Source: Nitrospirota bacterium
Lineage (GTDB): Bacteria; Nitrospirota; Nitrospiria; 2-01-FULL-66-17
Assembly: GCA_049325335.1 (NCBI GenBank)
Contig: JBMOMC010000001.1
Span: 468,193-532,192, forward strand
Reading direction: 5' to 3'
Length of the DNA: 64,000 nt
Of this stretch, positions 18,393 through 30,736 are shown one piece after another (within the stretch, counting starts at the first letter, position 1; each line of letters starts with the position of its first letter). A program made the position numbers and the translations under genes. The notes under the pieces are model-generated. The model was not told the DNA's origin. It did not search any database and saw nothing but the letters and a program-made list of their open reading frames with translations.

Positions 18393-21026
18393 ATGCATCG
18401 GACCGCCTGGGGGAGGGCCGTCCTCGCGACCCTCGTGTGTCTCTGGGCCCAGGCCGCCGCCGCGTCGCCGGCGCTCGACGTGCGGTACGATCTGGATGTC
18501 CGCTTCGACCCCACCGATCAGACCCTGGCCGGGGAGGTGCGCGTCACGATCATGAACCACACCGCGGAGAGTCTGCGCGACATCCCGTTCGTGTTGTACC
18601 CGAACCGATATCGGGAGCCCGATCCCGAAGTGGACCGCGTCGCGCTCGAACGGATCTATCCTCGCCGGTTTAATCCGGGCGCCATCGCGGTGGTCTCCAT
18701 CGAGTCGGCCGACCACGGCGCGGTGGACCTGACCGTCGAGGACCCGGTCCACGGACCGCCGCGCACCATCGCGCGCGCCACCCTTGAACGCCCGGTCCCG
18801 CCGGAGGGTTCGGTGGAGTTGCGGATGAGTTTCGTGACATTTATCCCGGAAAAGTTCGGCGTGTTCGGACATTTTCACGGGGTCACGGCGCTCACCGGGG
18901 GGTGGCACCCGTACGTCGCGCCGTGGCGCAACGGGCGCTGGGCGCTGGATGACGCGCCGGACCCAGCCGCGGTGACCGCGCGGATCCTCGCCCCGCGCAG
19001 CGTGACCATCGTGGGCGCGGACATGACGGACCCCGAGCCGGACGCGCCGATCCGTCGGTGGCACGTCCACGCGCCGCGCGCCGCCGGTATTCCGCTCGCG
19101 CTCAGTTCGCGTTACCACGTGCGGACGGAACACGACGGCTCGGTGCGGATCCACTACGCCTTTCTTCCGGATGATCGCCCCTACGTCCCGTTGATCATGG
19201 CCACGTTCCGGAGCGGGCTGGCGTTTTTCCGACGCGAATACGGCGAGGTCGCCGGCGCCGAGGTCATCGCCGCGGAAACGCATCTGCACCAGCAACTCGT
19301 CTCTCCGGACCCCCGGGTGATTTTTGTGGCCACCCGCGCCTTCAAAGTGTTCGCCCCGCTCAAAAAATATCACGAAGCGGAGCTCGTCAAAGGTCTTTTG
19401 TTCGCGCTCTGGCGGTCGCGTCTTCCGGACGAGGAAGTCTGGGTGATCGAAGGTCTCGCGGACGCCAGCACCCAGCGGTATCTGCGCGAGCGGTATCGGA
19501 AGCCGCCGAGCCTGGTGCGGCTGCTCAAACCCGTGGCCTTTATCCCTATCGTGGACCAGATCTTGTATTCGAACCGCTTGCCGCTCCGGCAAGTGTATTT
19601 TAAAGAGGCTACGCCGGTATTTCCTCGGGAGGAATTAGCATTATTCAACAATCAGCGTCCCGACGGATCCACTGTGTTCTTTAAGCTCACGGGGTTGATC
19701 GGCGCGGACGCGGTCAACGCGGTGTTGGAACGGTATACGGCATTGGTGCTCCACGGCGAAACCGCCTCGTTTCGGGCCGTGGTCGAAACGGAAACTGGGC
19801 GCGACCTGGAATGGTTCTACCGGCAGTGGCTGCAGACCAATCCTAAGACGGACTTTGCCGTGACCTCGGTCCGGCGCGCACGAATGGCCGACGGCTACCA
19901 TACCACCGTGGACCTGACGAAAACCGGCACCGGCATCGAGCCGGTCTCCGTCACGTTGCATCAGCGACGCGGTCCCCCGTTGACCACAACGTGGTTGTCC
20001 TACGACGCGAATTTTCAGGAGACGTTCGTGACCCCCTCGCCGGTGACCGCGGTGGAACTCGACCCGGACCATAAAACCAGCGACCCGGATCGCTTCAACG
20101 ACCGCACGCCGGCCGCGATCAAATTCATCTGGGAGAAACTCCCGGGCATCAGTTACGACTTTCAGACCAAAAACCTCAGTTACGACGTGAGTGCGTATTT
20201 TCAGCGTCGCTACGACGAGCACAACATTCTCCGATTGCAGTACTCCAACAACGAGACGGAAACGGGCGGGTCGGTGGCCGCGATCCACGACTACGAACGC
20301 AGCCTGTTCGCGTACTCCACGCGACAGTCCGTGGGCATCGGCCTCTCCACCACCCGGCGGGCCGAACCGCTCAGGCCAGGCGGGTCCTCCGACGCGGTGA
20401 CGTCGGCCGAACTCTCCCACGTCATGTCCAACGCCACCACCTCGCTGGTATACCCCGATGAGATCCAGCAATTGATCTTCGGCGCCATTCCCTACTCCAC
20501 GGTCGGCACCACGCTAGCGACTCAACTCTCCGGCAATCGCCACCCCAGCGCGGTCCGCGTTCAGCTCAAGATGCGCCACCAGTGGGGGCTCGCCACGTTG
20601 CACGAGATCGCGGTGCGGGCCGCGCTGGGACAATCCATCGGCAATTTTGCGGAGGCGCGCCAATTTGAGTTGGGAGGGTCTTCCGGCATGCGGGGGTATT
20701 CCCCCGGCAGTCTGTTCGGGGAGTCTCTGGCGCTCGCGTCGTTGGAATATCGTCGTCCGGTGGCGCGCGAACTCGACGCCAATATCTGGGGAGTGTCGTT
20801 GTTGCGCCGGCTACAAGCCGTGGTGTTCGCCGACGTGGGGACGGTTTCGTCGTATCGTCAATTGCGGAGCGATATCGGCGGGGGGGTTCGGCTCACCCAC
20901 GAAATCCTGGGGCTCTATCCGATCGTGACGCGACTCGACGTGGCGTATCCGCTCAACGTGGAGGAGTCCTTGCAAGCGGACGAACGCTCGCTCCATTTTT
21001 ACCTCACGGCCGGGCAACCGTTTTAA
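18393..21026 (+). CDS. secreted M1-peptidase-like protein (no intact HEXXH) fused to an Omp85-type beta-barrel
   Basis: Signal peptide; YDLDVRFDP...LYPN; WVIEGLA; ETETGRDLEWFYRQW; C-terminal FELGGSSGMRGY, VFADVG, terminal YLTAGQPF. Confidence 0.75.
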   Translation: MHRTAWGRAVLATLVCLWAQAAAASPALDVRYDLDVRFDPTDQTLAGEVRVTIMNHTAESLRDIPFVLYPNRYREPDPEVDRVALERIYPRRFNPGAIAVVSIESADHGAVDLTVEDPVHGPPRTIARATLERPVPPEGSVELRMSFVTFIPEKFGVFGHFHGVTALTGGWHPYVAPWRNGRWALDDAPDPAAVTARILAPRSVTIVGADMTDPEPDAPIRRWHVHAPRAAGIPLALSSRYHVRTEHDGSVRIHYAFLPDDRPYVPLIMATFRSGLAFFRREYGEVAGAEVIAAETHLHQQLVSPDPRVIFVATRAFKVFAPLKKYHEAELVKGLLFALWRSRLPDEEVWVIEGLADASTQRYLRERYRKPPSLVRLLKPVAFIPIVDQILYSNRLPLRQVYFKEATPVFPREELALFNNQRPDGSTVFFKLTGLIGADAVNAVLERYTALVLHGETASFRAVVETETGRDLEWFYRQWLQTNPKTDFAVTSVRRARMADGYHTTVDLTKTGTGIEPVSVTLHQRRGPPLTTTWLSYDANFQETFVTPSPVTAVELDPDHKTSDPDRFNDRTPAAIKFIWEKLPGISYDFQTKNLSYDVSAYFQRRYDEHNILRLQYSNNETETGGSVAAIHDYERSLFAYSTRQSVGIGLSTTRRAEPLRPGGSSDAVTSAELSHVMSNATTSLVYPDEIQQLIFGAIPYSTVGTTLATQLSGNRHPSAVRVQLKMRHQWGLATLHEIAVRAALGQSIGNFAEARQFELGGSSGMRGYSPGSLFGESLALASLEYRRPVARELDANIWGVSLLRRLQAVVFADVGTVSSYRQLRSDIGGGVRLTHEILGLYPIVTRLDVAYPLNVEESLQADERSLHFYLTAGQPF

Positions 21027-22149
21027 CCGGACGGTCACGGCGCGACACGGCGCGACGAGTTCGAGGGGTTCCGTTCGTCCCGCGTCGGGCGGTGCAGATC
21101 CGGTCTCGGCCGCCGTATTTGGCTTCGTACATCGCTTGATCGGCCAGTCGAATGAGGTCCTTCTTGGTGCGCGCGTGTTCGGGAAACCCCGCCAACCCGA
21201 AGCTGGCGGTCAGGTGGACGTTGATGCCTTCCGCGGTGAGAAACTGGTGGCGATGAAACGCCCGATGTAGACGTTTGGTGATCGCGACCGTCGTACGAAT
21301 GCCGGTCTCGGGCAACACGATCACGAATTCGTCTCCGCCGTATCGCGAGATGATGTCCACGTCGCGGAGGTTGCGGATCAACAGTTCCGCGACTTCCACC
21401 AACACGCGGCTGCCCATCAAATGTCCGAAGCGGTCGTTCACGGCTTTGAAATAATCCAAATCCAGGAAAATCATGGAGAGCACCGAGCCGTACCGAAGGC
21501 ACCGACGAATTTCGATATCGAGCACCTGGTCAAGGTGACGAAAGTTAAAGAGTTTGGTCAGGTCGTCGTGGATGGCGAGTTCTTCCTTGCGGTGATAGAG
21601 CTGCGACCGCTCGATCGCAATGGCCGCTTGCCCCATCAACTGCACCAAGAAGTCGCGGTCGCCCGCGTCGAACGGCCGTCCGTCCGTGCGGTTGACCAGC
21701 TCCAGCACGCCGAGCGCCTTGCGTTTGTTCACGATGGGCACCGCGAGCAACGACTGGAACCCGCGACGCGGCGGCTTCCATCCCTTCAGCCCGACCGGGA
21801 GCGAACTGCGGGGGCCGTCGATCAGGAGCGGCCGGGCGTGTCGGGCCGCCCATCCCGAGGCGCCGGCCCCCCAGTCGAGTTGGCGCGCCGCGGCTTTGCG
21901 CCCGTCGTGGTCGGGCGCGCGATGCCGCCGCAATTCGCGACGCCCGTCGTTCTCCTCGACCAACCATAACGACTGCCGTTCGCAGGGGATGAGTCGGCGC
22001 GCGCGATTGATCAACACGTCGAGCACCTTGGGGAGCTCCAAGGACGAGGTCAGCGCTTTGGCGGTATTGATAAAGACGGTCAGTTGTTTGGATTTTTCTT
22101 TGAGCTGGGCGCGCAACGACGCGTTGTCGATTTGCAACCGTCTCTGCAT
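21004..22149 (-). CDS. GAF-GGDEF diguanylate cyclase
   Basis: GAF (SLLAVPI...LGVLELVN...F), DDLTKLFN, DLDYFKAVND, RDVD I-site, RYGGDEF. Confidence 0.94.
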   Translation of the reverse strand: MQRRLQIDNASLRAQLKEKSKQLTVFINTAKALTSSLELPKVLDVLINRARRLIPCERQSLWLVEENDGRRELRRHRAPDHDGRKAAARQLDWGAGASGWAARHARPLLIDGPRSSLPVGLKGWKPPRRGFQSLLAVPIVNKRKALGVLELVNRTDGRPFDAGDRDFLVQLMGQAAIAIERSQLYHRKEELAIHDDLTKLFNFRHLDQVLDIEIRRCLRYGSVLSMIFLDLDYFKAVNDRFGHLMGSRVLVEVAELLIRNLRDVDIISRYGGDEFVIVLPETGIRTTVAITKRLHRAFHRHQFLTAEGINVHLTASFGLAGFPEHARTKKDLIRLADQAMYEAKYGGRDRICTARRGTNGTPRTRRAVSRRDRPVKTVARP

Positions 22150-22178
22150 GGCGGCGGGCCGACGGGAGCGGGGCGGGG

Positions 22179-24815
<2,637 letters not shown>

Positions 24816-24866
24816 CAATAGATTCCACGGCGGCCAAAACAGCGGGCCAGAGTATAACATAGTTGC

Positions 24867-26099
24867 ATGCGTTGCCTCTTTGAAGCCGTATTGCCTCGCG
24901 TCGTCTCCGCGGCCGTCGCACGCTTGACCATGCTGCTCGCGGTCGGCGGAGTCGTCTTGGCGCATGGAACCGGTGTTGCGGGTGACCCGCCGCAGGTTCC
25001 GCCGCCGTCGGATCTTCCCGTCGCGTCGTCGAACCCCGAGCCCCAGGCCGATGTGCTCACCGTGGTGGCCGTGGGCGACATCATGCCGGGCTCTCTCACC
25101 CCGATTCCGTTCATCCCCGCGCCCGCCGATCACGAGATTCCCGCCAGCATTCGCCGCGTCATCGGGGACGGCGATATCGTGTTCGGCAACCTCGAAGGCA
25201 CGTTGGTAACGGACGGCATTGCCCCGACGAAATGTCGCCCCGAGGCGCGAGAGGCGCTCCGGTGTTTTGAGTTTGGGTCCCCGCCGTTCTTGGCGTCGTT
25301 TTTAAAAGAGGCTGGCTTTACGGTCCTCTCCCTCGACAACAACCATGCCGAGGATTATGGATTGGAGGGGTACGTGTTGACCCAAGGACTGTTGGCCCAA
25401 ACCGGTATCACCGGAGTGCCCAAACGCACGCCGGTCGTGTTCGGGATTCGAGACGTGCGCGTCGCGGTGGTGCCGTTCGGATTTTCGGGCCGATCGTTTC
25501 ACGTGTCGGACCTGCCGACCGCGCGGACGGTGGTGGCGGAGGCCGCGCGAACCGCCGACATCGTCCTGGTCTCGTTTCACGGAGGCGCGGAGGGGGGAAC
25601 CGCCACGCGAGTGCCCCATGAGGTGGAAACCTATTTGGAGGAAGATCGGGGGGACCTGATCGAATTCGCGCACGCCGTGATTGACACCGGCGCTGATTTA
25701 GTGATCGGGCACGGCCCGCACGTCCCGCGCGCCGTCGAGCTGTACCGGAATCGGTTGATCGCGTATTCGCTGGGAAACTTTTGGACCTACGGCAATATTT
25801 CCATCAAAGGCGTCAAAGGCATCATGCCCTTGTTACGGGTCACCCTGGGTCGCGACGGAGCGTTTTACGCCGGCCGGATCGTGTCAATGCGCCAGCGGTT
25901 GCCTGGAATCCCGGAACTCGACCCCCAAGGAGAAGCGGTCCGCCTCATGGCCACGCTCTCGCAAGAAGATATCCCTGCCAACCCCATCGTGGTGGACGAA
26001 GAATCGGGGGCCATCCACGTTCGGCCGCCAGCGCTTGGGGACGCGGTCGCGCCGAACACGTCGACCGGCCGACGAATTGAGGACGTACCGCGCAACTGA
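24867..26099 (+). CDS. CapA family metallophosphoesterase
   Basis: [40 protein letters not shown]. Confidence 0.92.
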   Translation: MRCLFEAVLPRVVSAAVARLTMLLAVGGVVLAHGTGVAGDPPQVPPPSDLPVASSNPEPQADVLTVVAVGDIMPGSLTPIPFIPAPADHEIPASIRRVIGDGDIVFGNLEGTLVTDGIAPTKCRPEAREALRCFEFGSPPFLASFLKEAGFTVLSLDNNHAEDYGLEGYVLTQGLLAQTGITGVPKRTPVVFGIRDVRVAVVPFGFSGRSFHVSDLPTARTVVAEAARTADIVLVSFHGGAEGGTATRVPHEVETYLEEDRGDLIEFAHAVIDTGADLVIGHGPHVPRAVELYRNRLIAYSLGNFWTYGNISIKGVKGIMPLLRVTLGRDGAFYAGRIVSMRQRLPGIPELDPQGEAVRLMATLSQEDIPANPIVVDEESGAIHVRPPALGDAVAPNTSTGRRIEDVPRN

Positions 26100-26272
26100 A
26101 AACCAGGGGTATCTGAGGGCCTCCTAAACGTCCAGAAAATCGGGGCTACCTCAACCTGACCCTGATGAGTTACTCTGGCCAAGAAAAGCGAAATCAAGAT
26201 ACCAGGGGTAGCTCACTCCGACCCTCCCGTGTTGAAAAAACGGGGACGAGCCGAGTTACTCCCCAGCGAGGT

Positions 26273-27274
26273 CTAATTCAGGACGAACCGCAGGGGATTC
26301 GTCGGCGCTGAATTGACGCTGACTTGGTAATGCAGGTGCGGACCGGTGCTCAAGCCGGTGCTGCCGACCAGGCCGATCGTGTCGCCGCGTTTCACGCGTT
26401 GGCCGCGGCGCACGAGGATCTTGTTCAAGTGGCCGTAGGCGGTCTGGTACCCGTACCCATGGTCGATCTTGATCGCGTTCCCCAGCCCGCCGTCCCACCC
26501 GGCGAACGTGACCATACCGTTGGCCGGCGAGACGAACGGGGTGTTTTCAGGAACCGAGATGTCCACCCCGCGGTGCATGGCGGGGTGCCCGGTAAACGGG
26601 GAGAGCCGGGGCCCAAATCCGGACGTGACCCAACCTTTCACCGGCCAAATCGAGGGGGTTGAGGCCCATTTGGCCCGGCGATGCTGAATCCCTTCGGTCA
26701 ACTCCTGGAAACTCTGTTCCTGTTTAGCGGCCAGGACTTGCAAGGTTGCTAGGTCTTCCTCCAATTCGCGCATCATCGCCACGTGCGAGGTGGCCAGCGC
26801 CTTGGCTTCGCTGGACGGCTCAATGGGATCTTCCGTGCCACCCGCTCCCCCGGACACATCGCTCAGGACCGGGACTTCTTCGGTCACCCCACCCTCCGGC
26901 GCCGGGGTCATCTCGCCACCCACCCCCAGATACCGGTTGGCATCCGCCGGGACATTCAGGTCCGTGATCATGCGGAGTTTGATATCAAACTCCTTGAGCC
27001 GATCCAACTGCGTTTTCAGATTGTCCACGCTCTGCGAGAACATCTCGATTTTTGATTTTTGGACCGAGGTCTCTTTCCGCAGGAGGGTCAGTTCCCAAAT
27101 ATTGCCCACCATATAAAAATACTGGATGACGAACACCACCAACAAGACCGTTACGGCAGCCGCACAGGACAGGGCGATTTTGACCTGTTTTTTCGACACG
27201 CTAAAGCGATAGGCTTTTGACGTCGGGTTCGGCAGGATCATAACCGTGTAGGATTCTCGTGCCCTGTCGTCCAT
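26273..27274 (-). CDS. M23 family metallopeptidase with TM and coiled coil
   Basis: PSIWPVKGWVTSGFG, HRGVD, YGHL, STGPHLHY. Confidence 0.95.
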   Translation of the reverse strand: MDDRARESYTVMILPNPTSKAYRFSVSKKQVKIALSCAAAVTVLLVVFVIQYFYMVGNIWELTLLRKETSVQKSKIEMFSQSVDNLKTQLDRLKEFDIKLRMITDLNVPADANRYLGVGGEMTPAPEGGVTEEVPVLSDVSGGAGGTEDPIEPSSEAKALATSHVAMMRELEEDLATLQVLAAKQEQSFQELTEGIQHRRAKWASTPSIWPVKGWVTSGFGPRLSPFTGHPAMHRGVDISVPENTPFVSPANGMVTFAGWDGGLGNAIKIDHGYGYQTAYGHLNKILVRRGQRVKRGDTIGLVGSTGLSTGPHLHYQVSVNSAPTNPLRFVLN

Positions 27275-27340
27275 GCAACGTCCTCTCAATCCAAGATGGT
27301 GCCCAGCCAGCCGTGACCTCCGGCCAAAAATTCGTGGCAG

Positions 27341-27369
27341 AGGCTAACACAGGGGTCAACACCTGTCAA
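27341..27369 (-). promoter_or_regulatory. sigma70-type promoter of the M23 gene
   Basis: TTGACA-17bp-TAGCCT on minus strand in an AT-rich gap. Confidence 0.55.
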
Positions 27370-27396
27370 GAAAAACATCACAACACATTGAATTAT

Positions 27397-27747
27397 CTAA
27401 TGATTTATAGGGTCTGAGACCGCATCCGCCACCCAATCCAGGTACGGGGCGCTCCCCGTCACGATGGGCAGTCCAATGATCTCCGGCGTGCTGTACGAGT
27501 GCAGGGACTTGACTCGGGCCGCCAGGCGATCAAACCGCGCACGCGATGTTTTGACGACCGCCAACACCTCGGTTTCGTCCTGGCGAGCCCCCTCCCAGAT
27601 AAAGAGGGACCGCACCCCGGGCACGAGGTTGACGCAGGCCGCTAAATGCTCCTCCACCAGCGCGCCGGCGATTCGCCGGGCCTCGTCCTGGGAGGGGAAC
27701 GTGATGAGGACCACTAGTAAATCCTGGTGAACGGGGGGATCGGGCAT
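27397..27747 (-). CDS. cutA: divalent-cation tolerance protein CutA
   Basis: LVEEHLAACVN, SLFIWEG, HSYSTPEII, YLDWV. Confidence 0.93.
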   Translation of the reverse strand: MPDPPVHQDLLVVLITFPSQDEARRIAGALVEEHLAACVNLVPGVRSLFIWEGARQDETEVLAVVKTSRARFDRLAARVKSLHSYSTPEIIGLPIVTGSAPYLDWVADAVSDPINH

Positions 27748-27803
27748 GGCGTACCGCTGGGAAGCATAAAGCAGCCTCCGGACGGAATCAAGCCGTGCCT
27801 CCG

Positions 27804-29171
27804 TCACTCATGGATCGTGGGGGTGATAAAGACCAGCAACTCGTTTTGGGTCTCCACGGTTGACCGTTTCTTGAACAGCCAGCCCACGACCGGGATTTTC
27901 GACAGCCACGGCACGCTGTTCTCCGACACCGAACTGCTCGTGGTCATGATGCCTCCGATCACAATGGTCTCGCCATTATTGACCAAGAGGTGCGTTTCCG
28001 CGGATCGGGAGTTGAGCGGTGGGATACCTTCGACTTGTCGGCTGTAGTCCGGGTCCTTCTTATCCGCTTTCACGCGCATCACGATTTCCCGGTTCGGCGT
28101 GACGTGAGGCGTCACCGCGAGTTCCAGTTTGGCGTTGATCGTTGTCACCCCGGTCGGGGTATCCACCGATCCGCCGCCCGAGCTCGACCCCGCCGTCACG
28201 ATCGTGGACGTGGGAATCAGAATTTCCGTTCCGGCGGAGATCCGCGCCTCCTTGTTGTCGAGGGTCAATACCCGAGGGGTGGAGAGAATCCGCCCCTTCC
28301 CGGTATCCTCCAACGCGGAGAGTTGTAGATCGAGCCGCACCGTGTCCGCGATGTTCCCAAACGCCACGCCGAATGCGCCGCCCTGTCCGGGCCCGACCGC
28401 GGCCGGAAGATTCACGGCAAACGGACCGCCGCTCAAACCAAGCCCGCCGGTGATGGCTTCCGCGGCCGGGTCCGTCGAGAGATTCTTGAACGCACCGCCG
28501 TGTAACGTGGTGAGCCGATTCCCGGACTGCGTGGTATACATCCCGCCCCACTGCACGCCCAATTCGCGGGCAAAATTCGTGCTCGCCTCCACGATGCGTG
28601 CCTCGATCATGACCTGCGGGGTCCGGGAATCGAGTTGCTTGACCAAATCAGACACCCACTCGACGTTGGCCGCCATGTCGCGGACAATCAAGGTGTTGGT
28701 CCGCGCGTCAACCGTGACGCTGCCCTTCTTGCTCAAATGCCCTTTCATTCCTTTTTCAAGGTCCGCCGCGCTCGCGTACTGGATGGGCAGCATCCGGGTC
28801 ACCAGATCCCCCAAGCCGCTGTCCCCGGATTTGACGATTCTCGTGATCCCGTCCTCCTCGACCTTGGCCCAGTCCCCGGTCTTTAAAATCGCGTCCATCC
28901 CGTCGGCCAACGTGACGTCCTGAAAACTCAACGTGACCTGCCCGCTCACGCCCTCGCCGATCACCACGTTGATGCCCCGCTCTTGGCTGATGGCGCGCAA
29001 GACGTCGCGGATATCCGCATCCCGAAACTCCATCGCATACCGATTCTGGTCGCCGGAGGATCGCTCCATCCGGATTTCGGATGGTTCCTTGGTCTGCCCG
29101 TTTGCAGTCCACAGCCCGACGATCGCCAACCCCATCGCGAGCACCTGACACGGTCCTTGCCGAATACGCAT
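27804..29171 (-). CDS. pilQ: secretin, PilQ-type (short, no AMIN domains seen)
   Basis: FRDADIRDVL, VDARTNTLIV, PQVMIEARIVE, LSTPRVLTLDN, VPWLSKIPVVGWLF, ELLVFITP. Confidence 0.92.
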   Translation of the reverse strand: MRIRQGPCQVLAMGLAIVGLWTANGQTKEPSEIRMERSSGDQNRYAMEFRDADIRDVLRAISQERGINVVIGEGVSGQVTLSFQDVTLADGMDAILKTGDWAKVEEDGITRIVKSGDSGLGDLVTRMLPIQYASAADLEKGMKGHLSKKGSVTVDARTNTLIVRDMAANVEWVSDLVKQLDSRTPQVMIEARIVEASTNFARELGVQWGGMYTTQSGNRLTTLHGGAFKNLSTDPAAEAITGGLGLSGGPFAVNLPAAVGPGQGGAFGVAFGNIADTVRLDLQLSALEDTGKGRILSTPRVLTLDNKEARISAGTEILIPTSTIVTAGSSSGGGSVDTPTGVTTINAKLELAVTPHVTPNREIVMRVKADKKDPDYSRQVEGIPPLNSRSAETHLLVNNGETIVIGGIMTTSSSVSENSVPWLSKIPVVGWLFKKRSTVETQNELLVFITPTIHE

Positions 29172-29181
29172 GCCCTTCTCC

Positions 29182-29568
29182 TCACCGCCCACGGGGACCC
29201 AACACCGACATCACCAACCGACGGGTGTAGTCCCCGGTCTGTAAGACCACCGCGCGCGGGGTGATGTCGATCACCCGCTCGGCGCCGACCCGGTCGCCGA
29301 TGCGAACAATGGTGGAATCGATAATCGCGACCATTCCGCGCGGTCCCGCAATAATGCCTTGGAGCTCCACCCGCGCGGACGGCGTCGGCTGGGCGGTTCC
29401 GACCGGCCGGTCCGCCGGAACCGGCGGGGCGCCGAACGGGTCCGGGCCCCACGCGCGGGGATCCTGGCCTGCATGCGCAGCCCCGGCGTTCGCCGCCAGC
29501 ACGACACCGCCCAGCACCAGGGCCGCACCCAGGCCGACCCAGGCCGCGTGAACATCCCGTTGAATCAT
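29182..29568 (-). CDS. MshK/PilP-like pilus assembly protein
   Basis: Signal/TM, DPF motif, LQGIIAG...AIIDSTIVRIGD beta domain; position between pilO-like and secretin. Confidence 0.65.
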   Translation of the reverse strand: MIQRDVHAAWVGLGAALVLGGVVLAANAGAAHAGQDPRAWGPDPFGAPPVPADRPVGTAQPTPSARVELQGIIAGPRGMVAIIDSTIVRIGDRVGAERVIDITPRAVVLQTGDYTRRLVMSVLGPRGR

Positions 29569-30140
29569 GGCTGCTCCCTCCCCGGCGTCTCCGGCTCCAG
29601 GCCGCGAACCCGCACCGGCGTCTCGGCGACAAATCGCGCGGACACGGACGGCCCCTGTTCCGAATTACGCGTGAGCTGAAGGTCTCGAATACGGATCGCC
29701 CACCGCGATCGTTCCAGCTCATCGAGGTACGGCCCCAAGAGTTTGAGCGGCGCGCTGAGTTCCACGAACACCGCCGTCCCCTCGGCCGACGGCGGAACCG
29801 GCCGGATGGACCCGAATTGCACCTCCGGGCGGCCTTCCACCGACGTGATCTCGCGCATAAACGAGGACACCCGCGGATCAGGTGGCGCCGCCTCGGTGCG
29901 CGCGGCCTCGGCTTCGACGTCGCGACGTTGGGCCGCCAACTGGTCCAGTTGCACGGTCAACGCCGCCACGTCCGTGGTCAACGCCCGGCGCTCCCCTTCG
30001 AGCATTTTGGCGCGTTGGACCGTGGGCAGGTCGATCAGGATGCCCACAAAAATCGTCATGCCCGCCAACACCGTGGCCCCAACAACGCGTTCGGTATGTG
30101 TCAGCCGGAGCCGGACCATCCGTTCGATCACGGACATCAT
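29565..30140 (-). CDS. PilO/MshJ-like alignment protein
   Basis: N-terminal TM, coiled coil, YLDELE...IRDLQL; operon position. Confidence 0.72.
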   Translation of the reverse strand: MMSVIERMVRLRLTHTERVVGATVLAGMTIFVGILIDLPTVQRAKMLEGERRALTTDVAALTVQLDQLAAQRRDVEAEAARTEAAPPDPRVSSFMREITSVEGRPEVQFGSIRPVPPSAEGTAVFVELSAPLKLLGPYLDELERSRWAIRIRDLQLTRNSEQGPSVSARFVAETPVRVRGLEPETPGREQP

Positions 30141-30736
30141 GCCGCCTCCCGCTCGCGCGGCGCGCCGGATGCGCCCTTACGCAACGCGCACTGAACTTCA
30201 AATTCCACGCGCGCGATGCCGAGGTTGGCCCCGCGTTGGGTGTAGATGACCATGGGATCGGCAAAATGCGCCGCGGTCTCTAAATTCAGCAACAAGTCGG
30301 CCACCACACGCTGCGACACGGCCACCCCGCGAATGCGAATGGCGATCGCCTCCGCGTCGGCGCCGGGCCCCGCGGCATCGGACCGACCCAGGTCCGACAA
30401 CCACATGCCACGGGGAACCACCAGACTCAATTCTCGGAACGCTTCGCTCCAGTTGATTGCTTCGGCCCGCGCCTGTTCCGCTGCGCGTCGCGCGATCTGC
30501 TCCTGCAGCTCGGCCACGGTTCGACGAACCTGATCACCCTCGACAACCAGGCGCTCGCGCGCGGTCCGTAACTCCGCAACCTGCGGATCCAGGCGACCGG
30601 CCGCGCGCGCGTGCACGCCCCACACCACTACCGGAATCACCAACGCCGCGCCCACCACCGACAGCACGCGCCACGGAGACGGCGGGGGCTCCGCCGCCAG
30701 GGCCAGGTCCGCGAGCAGGTTGATGGACCGCTTCAC
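30137..30736 (-). CDS. pilN: PilN-like alignment protein
   Basis: INLL motif, TM, coiled coil, VPRGMWLS, IRGVA; GTG 30736 overlaps pilM stop. Confidence 0.85.
   Translation of the reverse strand: MKRSINLLADLALAAEPPPSPWRVLSVVGAALVIPVVVWGVHARAAGRLDPQVAELRTARERLVVEGDQVRRTVAELQEQIARRAAEQARAEAINWSEAFRELSLVVPRGMWLSDLGRSDAAGPGADAEAIAIRIRGVAVSQRVVADLLLNLETAAHFADPMVIYTQRGANLGIARVEFEVQCALRKGASGAPREREAA

Noticed and set aside
26160..26210. Hammerhead ribozyme (CTGATGAG...CGAAA)
   Set aside because: Stem II is poorly paired, stem III would have a 2-nt loop, and stem I cannot close
26141..26220. tRNA-like 5' ends (GGGGCTACCTCA, GGGGTAGCTCA)
   Set aside because: No anticodon arm, TTC loop or acceptor stem
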